Shown here one piece after another: positions 21,480-35,500 of a stretch of 64,000 nucleotides of DNA. The stretch is taken from assembly GCF_040938485.1 (NCBI RefSeq), contig NW_027272928.1, forward strand, positions 62,001-126,000, given 5' to 3'. The stretch comes from Diadema antillarum. Its lineage: Eukaryota. Below the pieces are notes generated by a model, which saw nothing but the letters and a program-made list of their open reading frames with translations, searched no databases and was not told the origin of the DNA. Made by a program: the position numbers and the translations under genes. Each line of letters opens with the position of its first letter. The stretch's first letter is position 1.

Positions 21480-24400
21480 CAGGTATGATGGATTTTGTCA
21501 TTATTACCGCATGATTGTTTGCGCAGCTATACGGCGCGCTTGGAAACACGGGTATGTTATTGAAGCAAAGTTATAGACATTGTTCAGTCACCGCGGCCAA
21601 GTGACTTCCAGAGCTGCCATGGCCGTATTATGTTATATCAAATCAAATTCAGCTCATGCTGGATAAGCTAGATCTGAAATGATCAATTCCTAGGTAGTAG
21701 CATTTCTCTGAGTACGGGGATATTACTGGTTCAAAGTTATGGTCACCAAAATAATGTCAGGTTGCTATTTTGTTTCTTTGCTGTTGAAGAAGCAAGTGCT
21801 TCAATTGCCCTTGGATTTTAACGATTGTGTAATGAGTAACCTCGAAGAAAAAGACTTCGCAATGATATTTTTATTCACCTGTCGCGCGCTGCATTTTAAC
21901 TGCTCATGTTTGCATGCAGCACCTTCCTCCCTTATAACTGATTTATTCGTAATCAACCACAGAAAAACAAACTGTAAAGTGTAATAGATTGGAGCGAAAG
22001 ATCAAGTAGGTCGTTTCATACTAAAAAAAATCAGATTATAAACAAAACGAGAAAACTGACAAGATTTGATTTCTTAATCACAATAATTGTTTGATCTACT
22101 AAAGATGTCGATGTACTGAGGACATTGTGTATAACACTCAGAGATTGTGCTATACTAGTGTCCAGTCCATGTCAGGGCGGAGTTTCGTCATAAGGTAATA
22201 TGAAACCCTGTGCCAATTTACGCCCTTTTGAAGAAAGCAGTGTTAGTACAACTTTTATAATTCAGGTTTGTTAGCTATTCGTCGGGAAAAGAGAACATAT
22301 TCTAGACCTTCTTTATGACAACGCTTCTTTTACTTTTGTACGGCTGGATTTTAATCACGATAAGATATTTTCCAATTAAAGTATAGCTCTCCTACTGAAC
22401 AGATGGGGAAGAATTCAAAGCAGAATAAATCAGCAAATTATAAGAAGTATAATGATTGACATGAGAAGAACTGAATTTTCGTTGCCTCTTAATCACGACG
22501 AAATGGCGGTAAGATAGGACATGGCACTTGCGTAACCTACGCGACCTCTTGACCTCTTGACCTCTTGCTCCTGTCTTGATGTAGGCCAGCTAGGTGTTAC
22601 TCGAGGCTATCTCCCGTCACTCATCAGTTCTGTAGAAACAACCCCATTCAGTTGTCACTGGAAGGCTCCAATCCCTAATGTATGAATACTTTTTACCACG
22701 GATATTATGTGGGGCATCCATCTCACCGACCATACACAATACGGCCACCTGTCAGCTATAGTGGGCCAACACTGCATTTTGTCTCCATCACGCAGCCACC
22801 TGCTCTTCTCTCTCTCCCTTTCTTTCTTTTTCTCCCTCTCTCTCTCCATTGTCCCTCCGGTAGCCCAGGATCTATCACCTTGTAATGAACGAATGAAAAC
22901 GAGACTAATCTCTTCAGGGGGGAATCCCCGGGCCTTTTTTTTTTTGTAAGTTAATGGACTGGCCGATTATTACTCTGTACACGATTAAGGAGTTTAAAAA
23001 AAGAAGAAGAAGAAGAAAGAAATGTACATGCGATGGATGGGGGGGGGGGGGGGTGCAAGCATTCTCAAAGTGAGCTCACAGAGGGAGTATCAAAGTTATA
23101 AGGGATTACTAGTATTTTTGGTCACAACAACTCATCCAGCAGAACAGTCTTTGACACTAATGCCACTCGGTGTAAGTAATTGCTCCGTGCAATTGTGTAC
23201 GGAGATGTTAAAGGTTTGCGGAATACAGACTATATATTCCAGCACCTTCCGCACACGTCCGGGAGCGAGGGGGGACGCGAGAGGAGTTCATCTCGATCAA
23301 GCGATCGCGGGAAAACACCATGCCAGGAGGACATGTTTGTTATTCTTTGCGCAGCTTTGGCGATGACTGGTGAATTCTTGATGACACCCGCCCCGGGGCA
23401 ACTTGCCTGCCAATAACCTCCAATTGGTCCCAACTGCCCTCGGTTAAGGCGCCATTTGGAGCGCTGCAAAGGGATCTATCAAATCAGCGGCAATTGATGG
23501 ATGGTTCTGCTTCGTTGCTGCGTCGCGCGTAGAGGCGAGTTAGCACTGGGCATGTTTCCTCGAATTGTCAAAATCCCTTTTTGAGTAAAACATCACGTAA
23601 AAACCCATACGCGAGGGAGTGAGAGGACGATGAAATTCTATGAAGTAAAATGTGACTCATTTCATTTCCTTAACTTTCCATGGATCACTAACGATTCTCG
23701 TCATGCAAGATACACTGCACGTATCATGGCTAAATTCAGTTTTGTTGTTTTCACAGTAGAGAATTGTATTCTTTTATGGATCGTAATGATGACAGAACTA
23801 TAATATCCTACCAAAGCATGATGCAGCGTGAGTTTTTTAACACAGTCAGAGAAAGCTTAAAGGTCAAAACAAGCTGATTATTGGGGGCTATACAAGCGGA
23901 AACATCTCTTGCGACGTTGTGATGATTGTGTTTGTTTAGTCTTATTTGGATCCTGGCAAGCAGACAAGCTCCAAACTATGCAATTGTGCTGTAAAAGAAC
24001 ATAACTAACAGTTTTCTGTGTTTTTTAGAAGGCTGCGAATTAACTGCATTCAGCTATAATTATTTGTTGCAAGGAGCATTGTTGTCTTTACTATCTATAT
24101 TTCACACGAATTGAAAACTGAACAATCTCGAAAGTCGTACTGTATTAACTTTAGTATTCAAATATGCACTGTTACGTTCCGTTGTGTACTCAGCATTCTA
24201 GAAACCTTATAGAAGGTTGAATACTTTTATTATGAGCCGTTATACATTTTCCCTACTGCCACAGTGCCAGAGGTTTAATAATGAATTAGATAAACAAACG
24301 AACAAACAAAAAACAAATAAACGAAACGGTTTGATCAGGTCTTTATGAAAACGTGAAAAAAACAAAAGCTGGCCCCACTAAATCGACACTTTATCTAAGT

Positions 24401-27262
24401 AAAGAATGCCCCCCCCCCTTAAAGAAGTAGACATCGCATGGCACATCGTAGACCGATTGGATAGAAAATATTCATGACACGTGCATCGACGTTCTAAAAG
24501 ACTCTTGATATCGCATCGCCACCTGTTTGCGAGCTGGTCTTGGTGCCTTCAGGTACTATGGCCCGTTCAGATTTAACCCTTCTCGTATCCATGACATGCA
24601 TTGTTCTTACAGCTTCGTGAAAATCGCAAGTAATTCTGATATGTATGACATTAAAGTTGTAAGCATGATTTAACCCGGATATAGTCATCGTAGTTTTCTA
24701 CTAGTTTGAATTTGCAAGGAATCTATACCGTTTGACAATATTGTCACAAGTATTTGCCTCCCATGTATTATATCGAAACCGACGAGTTGCTAGAAATCAA
24801 ATTCATCTTTATATGCGTATTGACATTGGCCGTTGCTTTTATAACTACCCTGCGCTCCATAACCTTACAGTTCGCTTTGTGTTACTTTGTGCTGTATAAC
24901 ATCAGCGCTATCTGAAATATCACTTAACTTTGAAGGAATCTGGCTTTGAGTATAAGTTGTTATTAGAGGAAGAGATTTTGCCAGACCCAAGCGACTGGCC
25001 TGCATTATACGAGATGTCCGTCTGCCGTGTCAGGACAGTACACATTATACACGAATTTTCCTCTTGCAGTGCCTATTTATTGCCGCAGAATTGACCATGA
25101 TTTTAATGATGTCAGGTTTGTGTCCCGCTTTTAGGAAGTTTGCCCAGAATGACGATGGAAGAAGTCAAACAGGGCTGGGAATGGCGTGGGTATCGATTGC
25201 CTGGAGTGAATGAAAAGTACGCAAGGATACGGTTTCTCGAGTGCGTTATATTACACAATGTCCTGATATTGAACCCGATCTTGGAGCCAGGCATACTGCC
25301 TGCGATCAGCACTTCTCGGACTCGCCTCTTAAAGATCGAATTGGCGTCTCTCAAGTGTATTTACTGTCATCTATATGTGGAGCTAAAAACCCATTCGATA
25401 AACTAGACTATATGGTTCTTAGTACACACCACAAAACCGTCACTTGCCATATTGGCACATAGTATTGATGTGACACAAAAACATATTACCGCACGTTCCA
25501 TCGATATGCTTTGTCCATATTTAACTAGAATTCATTCGATGTAGCACTTGATCAGTACAATCGCATAAATGCGCATAACATTTTGTGTATGCTGACGATG
25601 TTGAGCGTATAAATGCGATCAACATGTATGGGAACGCACAATCAAAGTCCTACACAAACCATACACACACTAGTTCACAACGTGTAGGCTACACTCAAAA
25701 CCACATAGATACAAAATGAATGAAAAAATGCTTCAGCCGTTCAAAGATTAAGTCATATTCCCCTGGGTATGCATTGTATTTCCTTAAACTTAACGAACAA
25801 TTCGTAGGTAGCCAACTGTTATAACTATCGTAGGTAGATGTTAACTTAGTGCGATCAGGGTTGAGGTAATCATGTTATGAAAGTATACGAAGTTTCTGAA
25901 CAGTACAATTACCTTTACAATGTATATCAGACGAAAGTAAATGAATGGTGTCAGTTGAGGAATTGAACACGTTTCCACTTTGAGCGGTCAAACAGTTCAG
26001 CTACTTCCGGTTATGAAAAAATTATGATATCCTGACTTGTCGTTTTGAGAAGTAACTCAAGGATATGATGTAAGATAACTCTTATCTTGAAGGCATATAC
26101 ACTAAAGTAATTCCTTTAAAGGCCCAAGTCGCGAAGGCTACGCATCGGCCTGATTTGACAGCCTGGCACGCCGTCCGCCCTGCGATGAATACACGCCGAT
26201 TTACGAGAGTGTAGCTTTAAGGATGTAGGATGTAGCGGATGATGCTGAGATCCCTTATGTCATGCCATGGAATCACAGAGGGGAATAGTATGCGGCACCT
26301 GCCTGGCGCTACAAGAAATCCTCGCCCTTTTTCTTCAATAGATATCCTTTTGAAAAGTGGGGGGGGGGGGGGGAGAAGCGACGACCAGTTTGACCGACGG
26401 TCTAGGATGATGGGGGGGGGGGGGGGGGAGGGGGAGCTGAAGAAGAAGACATTTCTGGAGGATAGTGACCCAGGGAAATTGCTGTCAGAGATTTTAAAAG
26501 AGCAGCGCTGTCAAATCTAAGTGCATCATGCCACATGGGTTGGGCTGGCACTATCCTTAAAGCCGTATGTCATGGAAAGAAAATGCTGAGACCATTTTAT
26601 TCCATGTTGTCGGTGATGTTTAGGATTAATGCTTGTTATAGCACACTCGCATGCATGGAAAGGAGCGTTCGACTTTAATATACGAGTAGCAGAATATCGT
26701 GGGAAATCTCGAAGTGAGGTCGACCAACCTGTAAATTGAATCGATAACTCCTTAGAGCGTCGTATATGATCCTTTGCTAGCTCATGTTAACACTTGATAA
26801 ATAACATTGATATGTTTCGTCCTACACTAATACGGGGATGTCTAGCATTCAAAGAAATCAAGTAAATCTATTGGTACCCCTGATCTTTGATAGTCGATTT
26901 CATTAATTCATCCTCAGGATTTATTCTTAGCGATTATCTCGAGATCTTTCGGTACACAGAGTTCTGTCGCATGTAAATCCCTTCATATTACGAGACCATG
27001 ACGTTGGCCTCTTTGTGATGCGTTGCTTCTCAGAATTCTTTTGACTCATTCCTGTACCAATTCAAATGGGAACACACACACACACACACACACAAATAAA
27101 CCTTGCAGGGGGATATCGACAACAAGGATATAAAATCTGCATGATTCTTCCTACTTGATTTCGTATTTCGGGTTATTGTGTAGGTTTTCGCGGCCAATTT
27201 CATAAAATTGTCATCCATTTTCATTTTATGTGCATTCAAATTCGTATGTTTGAAACCTGAAG

Positions 27263-27496
27263 GGGTGCTGTTCGTTATTCCAAAGGTTCGCTGTTCCGAA
27301 GGTTCGTTATTCCGAAGGGTCGTTAATCCGAAACACGCAAATTCCCTATACCTACAGGTTCGTTAATCCGAAAATGAAAAAGGGTTCGTGAATCCGAAAA
27401 TTTGTGGCGTTATTCCGAAGATTCGTTATTCCGAAGATTGGTTAATCCGAAAATGAAATTCCGAACAATGAACCTTTGGAATAACGAGATGTAACC
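27263..27496. mobile_element. MITE built of TTCGTTATTCCGAAGG-type subrepeats (copy 1; Merlin-like by inference)
   Basis: Ends GGGTGCTGTTCGTTATTCC ... GGAATAACGAGATGTAACC, with multiple internal ~16-bp repeats. Same family as 45497 and 46366. Confidence 0.75.
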
Positions 27497-30400
27497 GGAA
27501 GAAGCGGTGGAGTGACTTTGGTCAAACGATTTCACGTTGAGTGCTTTCGAAGTTCAAATGCGGATGTAAACATTCGATTTCGTGTTTGAGCATGAATTTC
27601 AAAATTTGCGCGTTCAAATTAGTGCAATGGGCTGGGTAAGGACTTCAAAACACTCTCAATATCGTTTTTTTTTTTTTTTTTTTTTTTTTTTGGGGGGGGG
27701 GAACTCATATTCATTTTCAGACTAAACATGTACATTCAATGTTGTAATCCTCCTTAGCATCCCATATCTTGAGTAAAAAGGATAAGTTCTTTGTCATTTT
27801 TGACATAATTTTGTAGGTAGTGTTGAATAAATATATCCATATCCATGATCGATTTGCACGTTGCTTTGCTATATTCTATTTACAAATCAATTTGATAAAA
27901 TTCGCTTTGTCTATGTAAATAGCTTATCTAAAAATCGTGAAACCAAAAAATGCACAACAACGCGCATAATGTCAATAACAAGAGCAGACGATCAACAAAC
28001 TGAGTTGTTTTCAAAAACCATGCCAGCATTTCGGGCAAACATCCAGAATAGTGTATTGGGATGACTCGCGAGTTGTCATGGTGACACGCAAAACCGATAT
28101 GTGAAGTCAAATTTAAAATCACAGAGTGATTTTAGCCATCCCTCTGTATTTACACGTGTGATGTCCGTCTTTCTTTTACTAATTGAAATTGTGTTCGGAA
28201 CCAAATGCCCCAGTTAAATTCATGAAACAGGTTGCCGTGATCGATGGCTTAGTTTTAAGCCTGAAAGCATCCCAACGGCTCGAATACTATGTACAAATCA
28301 CTGGCTTGGATGCTGAGCCTCAATCGCCGTATTGATTCATGAATTCGTGTGTTCCATGCCCGGAATTCATGTACCTCGTGGCGTCTGAGCTGGTGATGCG
28401 ACTTATCCCTTTGCGACCGATTTGGGTGCTTCATATGACGGTGTCCCACATATTATATACTTCGCCCTTCAGCTCGTGAATCGTGACCCGGTTCACGTGC
28501 GAGTCCAGAGAAGGAAGCCCGGTTTCCTCTAAGTGCCAAAGGTTGTGGCCACGTTAATAATCATACCAACAACACCTGAATGCGGGACAAAAGAAGGCCG
28601 AGTCACGATCACCCGGTGCTTATTGAAGGTGTCCCAAGAGAGAGGTGAAGCCCAAAATGTCGAATGAATAAATAGTTCTAGAGAGGAAGCAACAAGAACG
28701 AGAGAAGAAGGGAATGGAGGAGAAGAGGTATAGCCTTTTGCCAAGGCCCTCTCGTTGTATGCATGGTGGTGAGCGAATGGGGGCGAACGAAGCGATCCCA
28801 CTCGAGCGCGACAACGCGAGGTGCGCTGTCGCGCTCGGCTGGGCTCGCTTCACTTGCCTGTTTATAGCTATCATAATAACAGCGAGAGGGCCTTGTTAAA
28901 AGGCTAGGAGAGGTAGGGCAGGACGGATGATAGCTGAAGAGGAAACATGGATTCAGAACTTCGCGATAAACAAGATAAAAGTGGTTCTCTTGATTTGACA
29001 TCATTTCAGGGAAAAGAGATTTGTTTTTCATTTAAAAAGGAAAAGGAGTGTTTGTTAGTGATTCATCCAGATGAACTGATTTCACATCGTCAGGTGCATC
29101 ACAAAGCTATCGGCCGTAAACAGATACAAAACCACACCAAGGTGAACACTTGATGAAAGATTCACCGTGTTATTAGATACCTTGTATTGTGTGCCTATAT
29201 TGTGATGACACATTGTTCTATTTTTTTCCTTTTTTTCACGCGTAGATTTTAGACTATCCACAAACCTTGTGCCACTGACTATTTTCATTTACTTTTTGTT
29301 TCCTTGAAAGACTTAAGTTAAGACCTTTTCTTTTATCTGAAACCTAGTCGGCAGCCTCTTTGTTGTTGTTGTTTTGTGTATTTATTTGTGCATGTTTCTT
29401 TTTCTTTCTTCCTGTCATTCCGCCTTTGTTTACGTGATATAAGGTCGTGAAAGTTATGCAGTATCCATGAGCACCGCCTGCTGTGATTGCACGCCATGAA
29501 GTCTTATGTATATTCCACTTCATTTCATTCGCGTGATTTTATTTCAGATCATTTTACAGTGTATTTGTTTAGCTTGCTTTTTGCAGGTCTATATACTCTA
29601 TCATATCTCCCTCCACGTTCCTTTCACTACTAGCAGTTCAATACATAATTCTGCGGCATTATTACAAACTTTTGCATGGCAGGATATTGCTCGTATAAAG
29701 TGTACCATTTTGATGAATCTTATAATGCATTGTTTATTCAACTCCGGCTTCGATGATGTTTATTCTCTTACTCTCTTATATCCTCATAGCTTTTTGGACA
29801 TCTGTTATGTTTGGGGGGGGGGTGGTAGAGGCAGACAAGGAGAGAGAGAGGGGGGATGGAGTAAAGGAACTATGTCCTCGATAACTGGAGGTGTGCAAAT
29901 GACGTCACACGCTGTACCACAAATCTTACCATGTGTCAACGCTTACCTCAGACGCTTTTACGAAGGTAACTTGATGCGGAAGGGAGGGCGGGGGAGGGGT
30001 GAGGTTGAGATGGGTGGGGTTACCGTTATATAAGTGGGAAGGCTGACTTCACCTTTGATATTATCACCTGACTTCGCATACCTTTAGATCAAAATGCTAC
30101 GGCTCTTCCAAGGGGGGCTCTCCCTGCATGTCACCGGTGGTTGTGCGCCTGGTATCTACTGGTGACGCCCTCATACATCGGTATGATGCCAAGCTAGAGA
30201 GAAACGCCACAGAGCTGTGCAGACACGACTAGAGACTGATAATCAGCTGTCACCGGGTCACTAGCTTTTTACCTGCTAAAGGGTGTGTCTGTTGGGAGGG
30301 GGAGGGGTATATATGTGTCAGCCTTATTGGCGTTTCCAAGGATGAGGCTATGATGTGCCTCAGTGTATAATGAAGAGTGCGTATGTGTATTGATACCTGT

Positions 30401-32475
30401 GTGTTTTATGTATATGCGTGCGGGTATTTGCATGATTATGGACGGATTCAATATTATATATTTGCATTTGCATTCCGATAATTCTATCATTCTGGTTTCT
30501 CGCCACAGTAAGTTCTGCCGCCGGAAAATTATGGATGTGAAAATATTGATTTTTTGTTATTAGACTCATGACGCGTAATGAAGAATAACAACATGATATG
30601 ATGTGATATTCTTACCACGCACGCTTGCATGCTCTTCTGTCATTGATACTACATGTATTATGTATCAAGAACTCTGCTCTAGATATATAGATATCTGTAG
30701 ATTGATAGCACACGTTAACCCTACTCGTTGGTAGTGGCGGTGTGATGGTTTGATCTCTTCCCAAGTGTATTATAATACGTATGCCAAGCGCATCGTGTAA
30801 TCTATTTTCAGTATCTTTATACTAGTACTCAGTAATGTTTACATGCCACTATGATGCATTTCAATAGTGCGAGACTAGGACTTGAATTGGCCTGGTTCAA
30901 GTTCGTATAGATTGATTGTCGGTTAAAAAAACCCCAGTTGATTGTCAAATATATCTTTAATTCATCGTTTTCCTCCTTAAAAATTCGAGGCGCCATGAGC
31001 GTTTTGTAAAGTGAGCAGATCAAAACTAAATACAATCCGACGAAACTGATTATTACTCATGTATATTTAGATCCAGAGGTTACTATTAATGTGTTTATGA
31101 GTCACTGGACTTTCACCCACACAACTAAGCTGAACTTACTGCATTCTTGCACGTTTTCAATCATCACATAATTTTTACTGCCTATCGCACAACATAAATT
31201 ATCAAAGTTAAGTAAGGGTTACGGAAGCTGTAATCGTCGCACACTCATGTACGCATGAACACTTCCGGCAACCTTTGGGGAACTTTGTTTCAGATGAAGT
31301 GATCTACGTGACTTCGTGATCCCTTAATGTGTAGTTTGATATTATGTCGTTGTCAACGTAAATATCTAAATTGTGTAATGAAATTAGTGCTACCTGTTTA
31401 CAATTGTTATACATATTATAATACCAATGAGCCGATATTTGTGTCTTAATGTTTTGATACAATGTCGCATTTCTTCATATTGCATTGTCGTTCATGATGC
31501 ATTATTTTGATTATTGTCGTTGTTTGCTGTTTAAAATGAAATCATATGAAACAAAGTAGTGCGGGATGCTGCGCAAGAGAACGGTCGCCACTTTAAACGA
31601 GTGGAAGGAAGCTCTCCGAACGAGCCCGATATATCCTGCGGCATATTTCACGCGCGAGCAGAATGAAGCTCTGGGCAATCACCTCGATATGCTGCGAAGG
31701 GAAAATCAGGGGCGGCACCCGATCTGGGCTCGACTTTAAGGATATTGTAGATTCAGCATGGCCGAACACTCTTCCGTAATGGCGCCCGCGCGTGTTTTCT
31801 ACTCATCGCATCCAGACCGTCCAACCTCCGCCATAGCATGAATAAGGACTTCATCCATTGTCATCTGACGTAACATCTGTCTGGATATAATGAATTATTA
31901 TGTCTGGAAACGTGAGGCTATTTCTAGGATGTACTCGTGCTGTGGCAGAAGATAAAAACAAATGCCTCCTCAAGTGACGTCGATAGGAAAAATTACCATA
32001 ATTATCAAAGTATCAAGAGCAGTAAAGAGATACAAAGAGACAGAGAGGGAGGGGGGCATGGGAGAGAGAAGATAGGGAGAGAGAACATGGCAGGATGTCT
32101 TGAAATTTAACTATAAATGTTCAACAATACAGATAATTAAGCTCATTGATTATTGATTATTTGAAATTAACAGAGTAAGCTTGGAAACACCTAGTGATCA
32201 CCGGGATGTGCCTGAGTCAGGATGTGCCTGAGTCAGGCAAGGGTGTGACGAAAACAAGGACGTGAAATGTAATGAGAGTCTACACAGTACTCAATTCTCA
32301 CCAAGGAGGTGTGTGATAACTGCTTGCTGGCACATGGAGCTATATATGTTCGCATCGAATGCCTGAATTGTTTGCTCGCGATCAAGCTACAGCCAACCCG
32401 CGACTTTCTAAATGTGAAATGTCTTTGACTCTTCTTTGTTTGTTTTCATAGTGACAACTTTGAGCAAAGAAAATG

Positions 32476-32548
32476 GGTTTCCATCGGGATTCGAACCCGA
32501 GACCTCCGGATTGCTAGACCGGTACTCTACCGAATGAGCTACAGAAAG
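32476..32548 (-). tRNA. Degenerate tRNA-like gene or pseudogene, anticodon AGC (Ala), possibly a repeat-derived head
   Basis: Minus strand folds as a cloverleaf: D arm GCTC/GAGT, anticodon loop CTAGCAA, T arm TCGGG-TTCGAAT-CCCGA. A and B boxes are intact and TTTT follows the 3' end. It has C1-C72 and T31-T39 mismatches and no G3:U70. Confidence 0.65.
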
Positions 32549-35500
32549 CCCTGGTTCGGTGTTCGTCCTATAACCCTTGATTCTCTTTGCTCGTGTGGTC
32601 AGAAGCTATAGTGTGTGTATGTGTAACACACACACACATTAACCTGACTTACACCCAAACGATGTAATATATATGATATAATAATATATATATATATATT
32701 CATTATTTTTTTTGTGTATGTTTCATTGATTCATTATTGTATAACCACCGACGATAGTCTTTGTGCCGAACATGTATTATATAAAGCCAGATTGCTCCTT
32801 TAAACAACTCTACGTCGATTTGCAAACTTGCCGGGAAGTGAGACTGCGCGTCAACACAGCCAAGTGGTCCCCGAGGGAATTAGTCGATAGTCAGACAGAT
32901 AGACAGACACGGCACGCTGAGAACATGCAAATGAGCGAGAGACAGGCGAAACAAGCCCCCGAGTATTGGATTCCTCTAACCGCCAGGATCGAGATCTGCT
33001 CCCTTTTCTCTTCTTCCTCTTCCATTTCTCTCTGCTGGAAAGGAATACTACCATAGTGGACAGAAAGAGAGAGAGAGAGAGAAAAAAAAAATAGGATGCA
33101 CGCCTGTGAGGGTGTCGACAATGAAATAAGGCAGAAAAGCCACGCTGTTGTTGCCGTCGTTTTAAATGCGCAAGATGTCTTTAGCTGGCCGAGGGAAGAG
33201 AGAGAGGGATAGAAAATAGGTTGATTAATAGTAGTTGTACACAAACGACTTGTGACTGTCCGCCATCGATCAGGCGTAGCACTGAACTGATGCCATCGGA
33301 AAGAGAAAGGAGAGAGGGAGAATGGGGGGAAAGAGAGAGGGATAGAGCGAGACAGGGGGGGATGGGACTCTCCATGCCTGCGGCCTGCTCGATCTTTACG
33401 CGCATCTCTGGCATCAGTCAGATCTCTAAATAGATGCGATCCATACATCATCCCGACTAGGGCGCCGGTTTCCACGTCCTCCGCTCTCGACGCCGGTCAG
33501 AAACAAGTGGCGACGACGGAGCGTCTCACTTTACATGAGCTAGATGCATGATCTTTCAAATTAGACATTCTTGGCTCTGATGATGCTGTCGGGTTAAATA
33601 AGTCCGGGAATTAACGACTGCAATCTCATAACATACCGCTTTTTCTCTCTCCTTTATACTTTCGGCACACCTGTTGTATAGGCACGTTGTTGCAAGACCA
33701 CGTGACTATACAAAAACAAAAATCATCCATTGGCACAAATGGAAATTTCCATTTCTCTTTCGCATGCGAACAGGATTATATCCATTATAATAAATTAGTG
33801 ATTTAAAGTGGAAGAGTGCCCCTGTTTAGGCCTACTTATACGTTAGAGCATCGGAGCAACAAATAGCTCCATGGTTAGAGCATGCATTCTTATGAAATAA
33901 CCATGTAGCTCCATGAAATAACTGAATACATAAAGTGATTCCTCCCCTTGCGTAGGTGTGTACGATGATAGTGTATTATGTGTGCGTGTGTGTATGTATG
34001 AATAGATCTCTTATGTACTTGTTATGAGGGGGAGGGGAAACAAACTACTAGTATGTTGCATTTATCAATACTTATTATCTATTACTTATTATCTAGTAAA
34101 TAAGGGTCCTCGGAGCGACACATCAACTACAATATTACACTAACAGCTTTCTATTCCATTTAGACTTAAATGCAATCTGCATGCAGGCTACATCCAGTCA
34201 TGCGCTACATCCATTCATTTCGTCATTCATTCTGATCGTTCAAAACATGTTTTGTTTTCGTTGTTTTGTGCTCTCTGAACGATCATGGTCAATCAATCAC
34301 TAATGCCATGTATAGTCAGCGGAAAATGGAGAGGACGACGTGGCAAGTTTCAGCCTTATGGAGAGGTTTGCCACCCAGTCTGCATTAATATTCTATCATA
34401 TAAAAACCGACCGGAATGGCTAAGTACGGAGCTGCCAACGAGCGTAGCTCCGAGACAATATAAACATCTCCCAAAGCAAGTAATCTCACTTCTTACTGCT
34501 TTCTCTTAGTCGTCAATGAAGACACGTCATTGCTAAATCTCTGCAGACGAATGCATGAATAATTGAGACCATACAGGTTTATGTGATATCCTGTCCCCGT
34601 TTCCACTGTCAAGTCTAATTGTTCCCGCGGGAATGGCCCCCATCATCCTTTTTTTTTTTTTTTTTTCCGGCAGTGTATTGCACGTGCGCTGTCATATCTT
34701 CCCGTCCTTATTTCGTCAAGCATGGGCACACAGCGACGTGTTATGTTATGCGTAAAACGTGATGTTCATGCTACTTGTAAATGAAACACTTTTATCTCGC
34801 TGCTCCAGCACCCCTCCTCACTCTTCTCTTCCTTTTAGTCTCCTCTCCTCCCACTCCCTCTATTTCTCTTTCTGCTTCCTCGCATTCATGCGTTCAGCAT
34901 GTTGATATTCTTTAACGTTATTTTCACCCTTTTCGCCGAATCTCCGACACCCTTATAGTTGCTATATGGGTATTCATGTTATACTGGAATGCATGAAATA
35001 CTAATTTAACTCCAAAGACGTCAGCTACGCGCCGTGATGATGCTTCTCAAGGTAACTTAGTACGGCCAGTGACCACGCGAGAATTGGCAAAGAGAACTTA
35101 TAGATGACATGTTACGGAGGCGGGCGGGAAAATGATAGATTCATGAAGTTTATACAGACTTTATTTCGCCCCATCTCCACCGAAACCACACAAGGATAGA
35201 TATGGGCTACGTATACAGATAGGAGAAACTACGTGTTTATATTAAATTTTGTGTTTCTTGTACACCAGCAAGTGTGTGTGCCTCCTGTGAACATTTTCCT
35301 AAGAGATAATACAAATTAAAATGGCGTTCTAAAGAAGAAGGAGAAGAAGAAGAAGAAAAAAAGAAGAAGCGAAAACTCAGTATATTTCATGTGTATTTTC
35401 CGATGTAGTGTAATCAACGCGTAACACTCCACTCCTAAAGCAGCAGAATTATTTCTACTCAGATTCTGAAGAGAGGTATTTCAAACCACATTGTTTCCTT

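Noticed and set aside
25140-25462. Overlapping ORFs with CDQHF resembling the THAP CxxHF motif
   Set aside because: Lacks the N-terminal CxxxxC and conserved W/P residues; a chance match.
27263-27496. Short regularly recurring repeats resembling a CRISPR array
   Set aside because: Eukaryotic context, no unique spacers of constant length and no cas genes; explained as MITE subrepeats.
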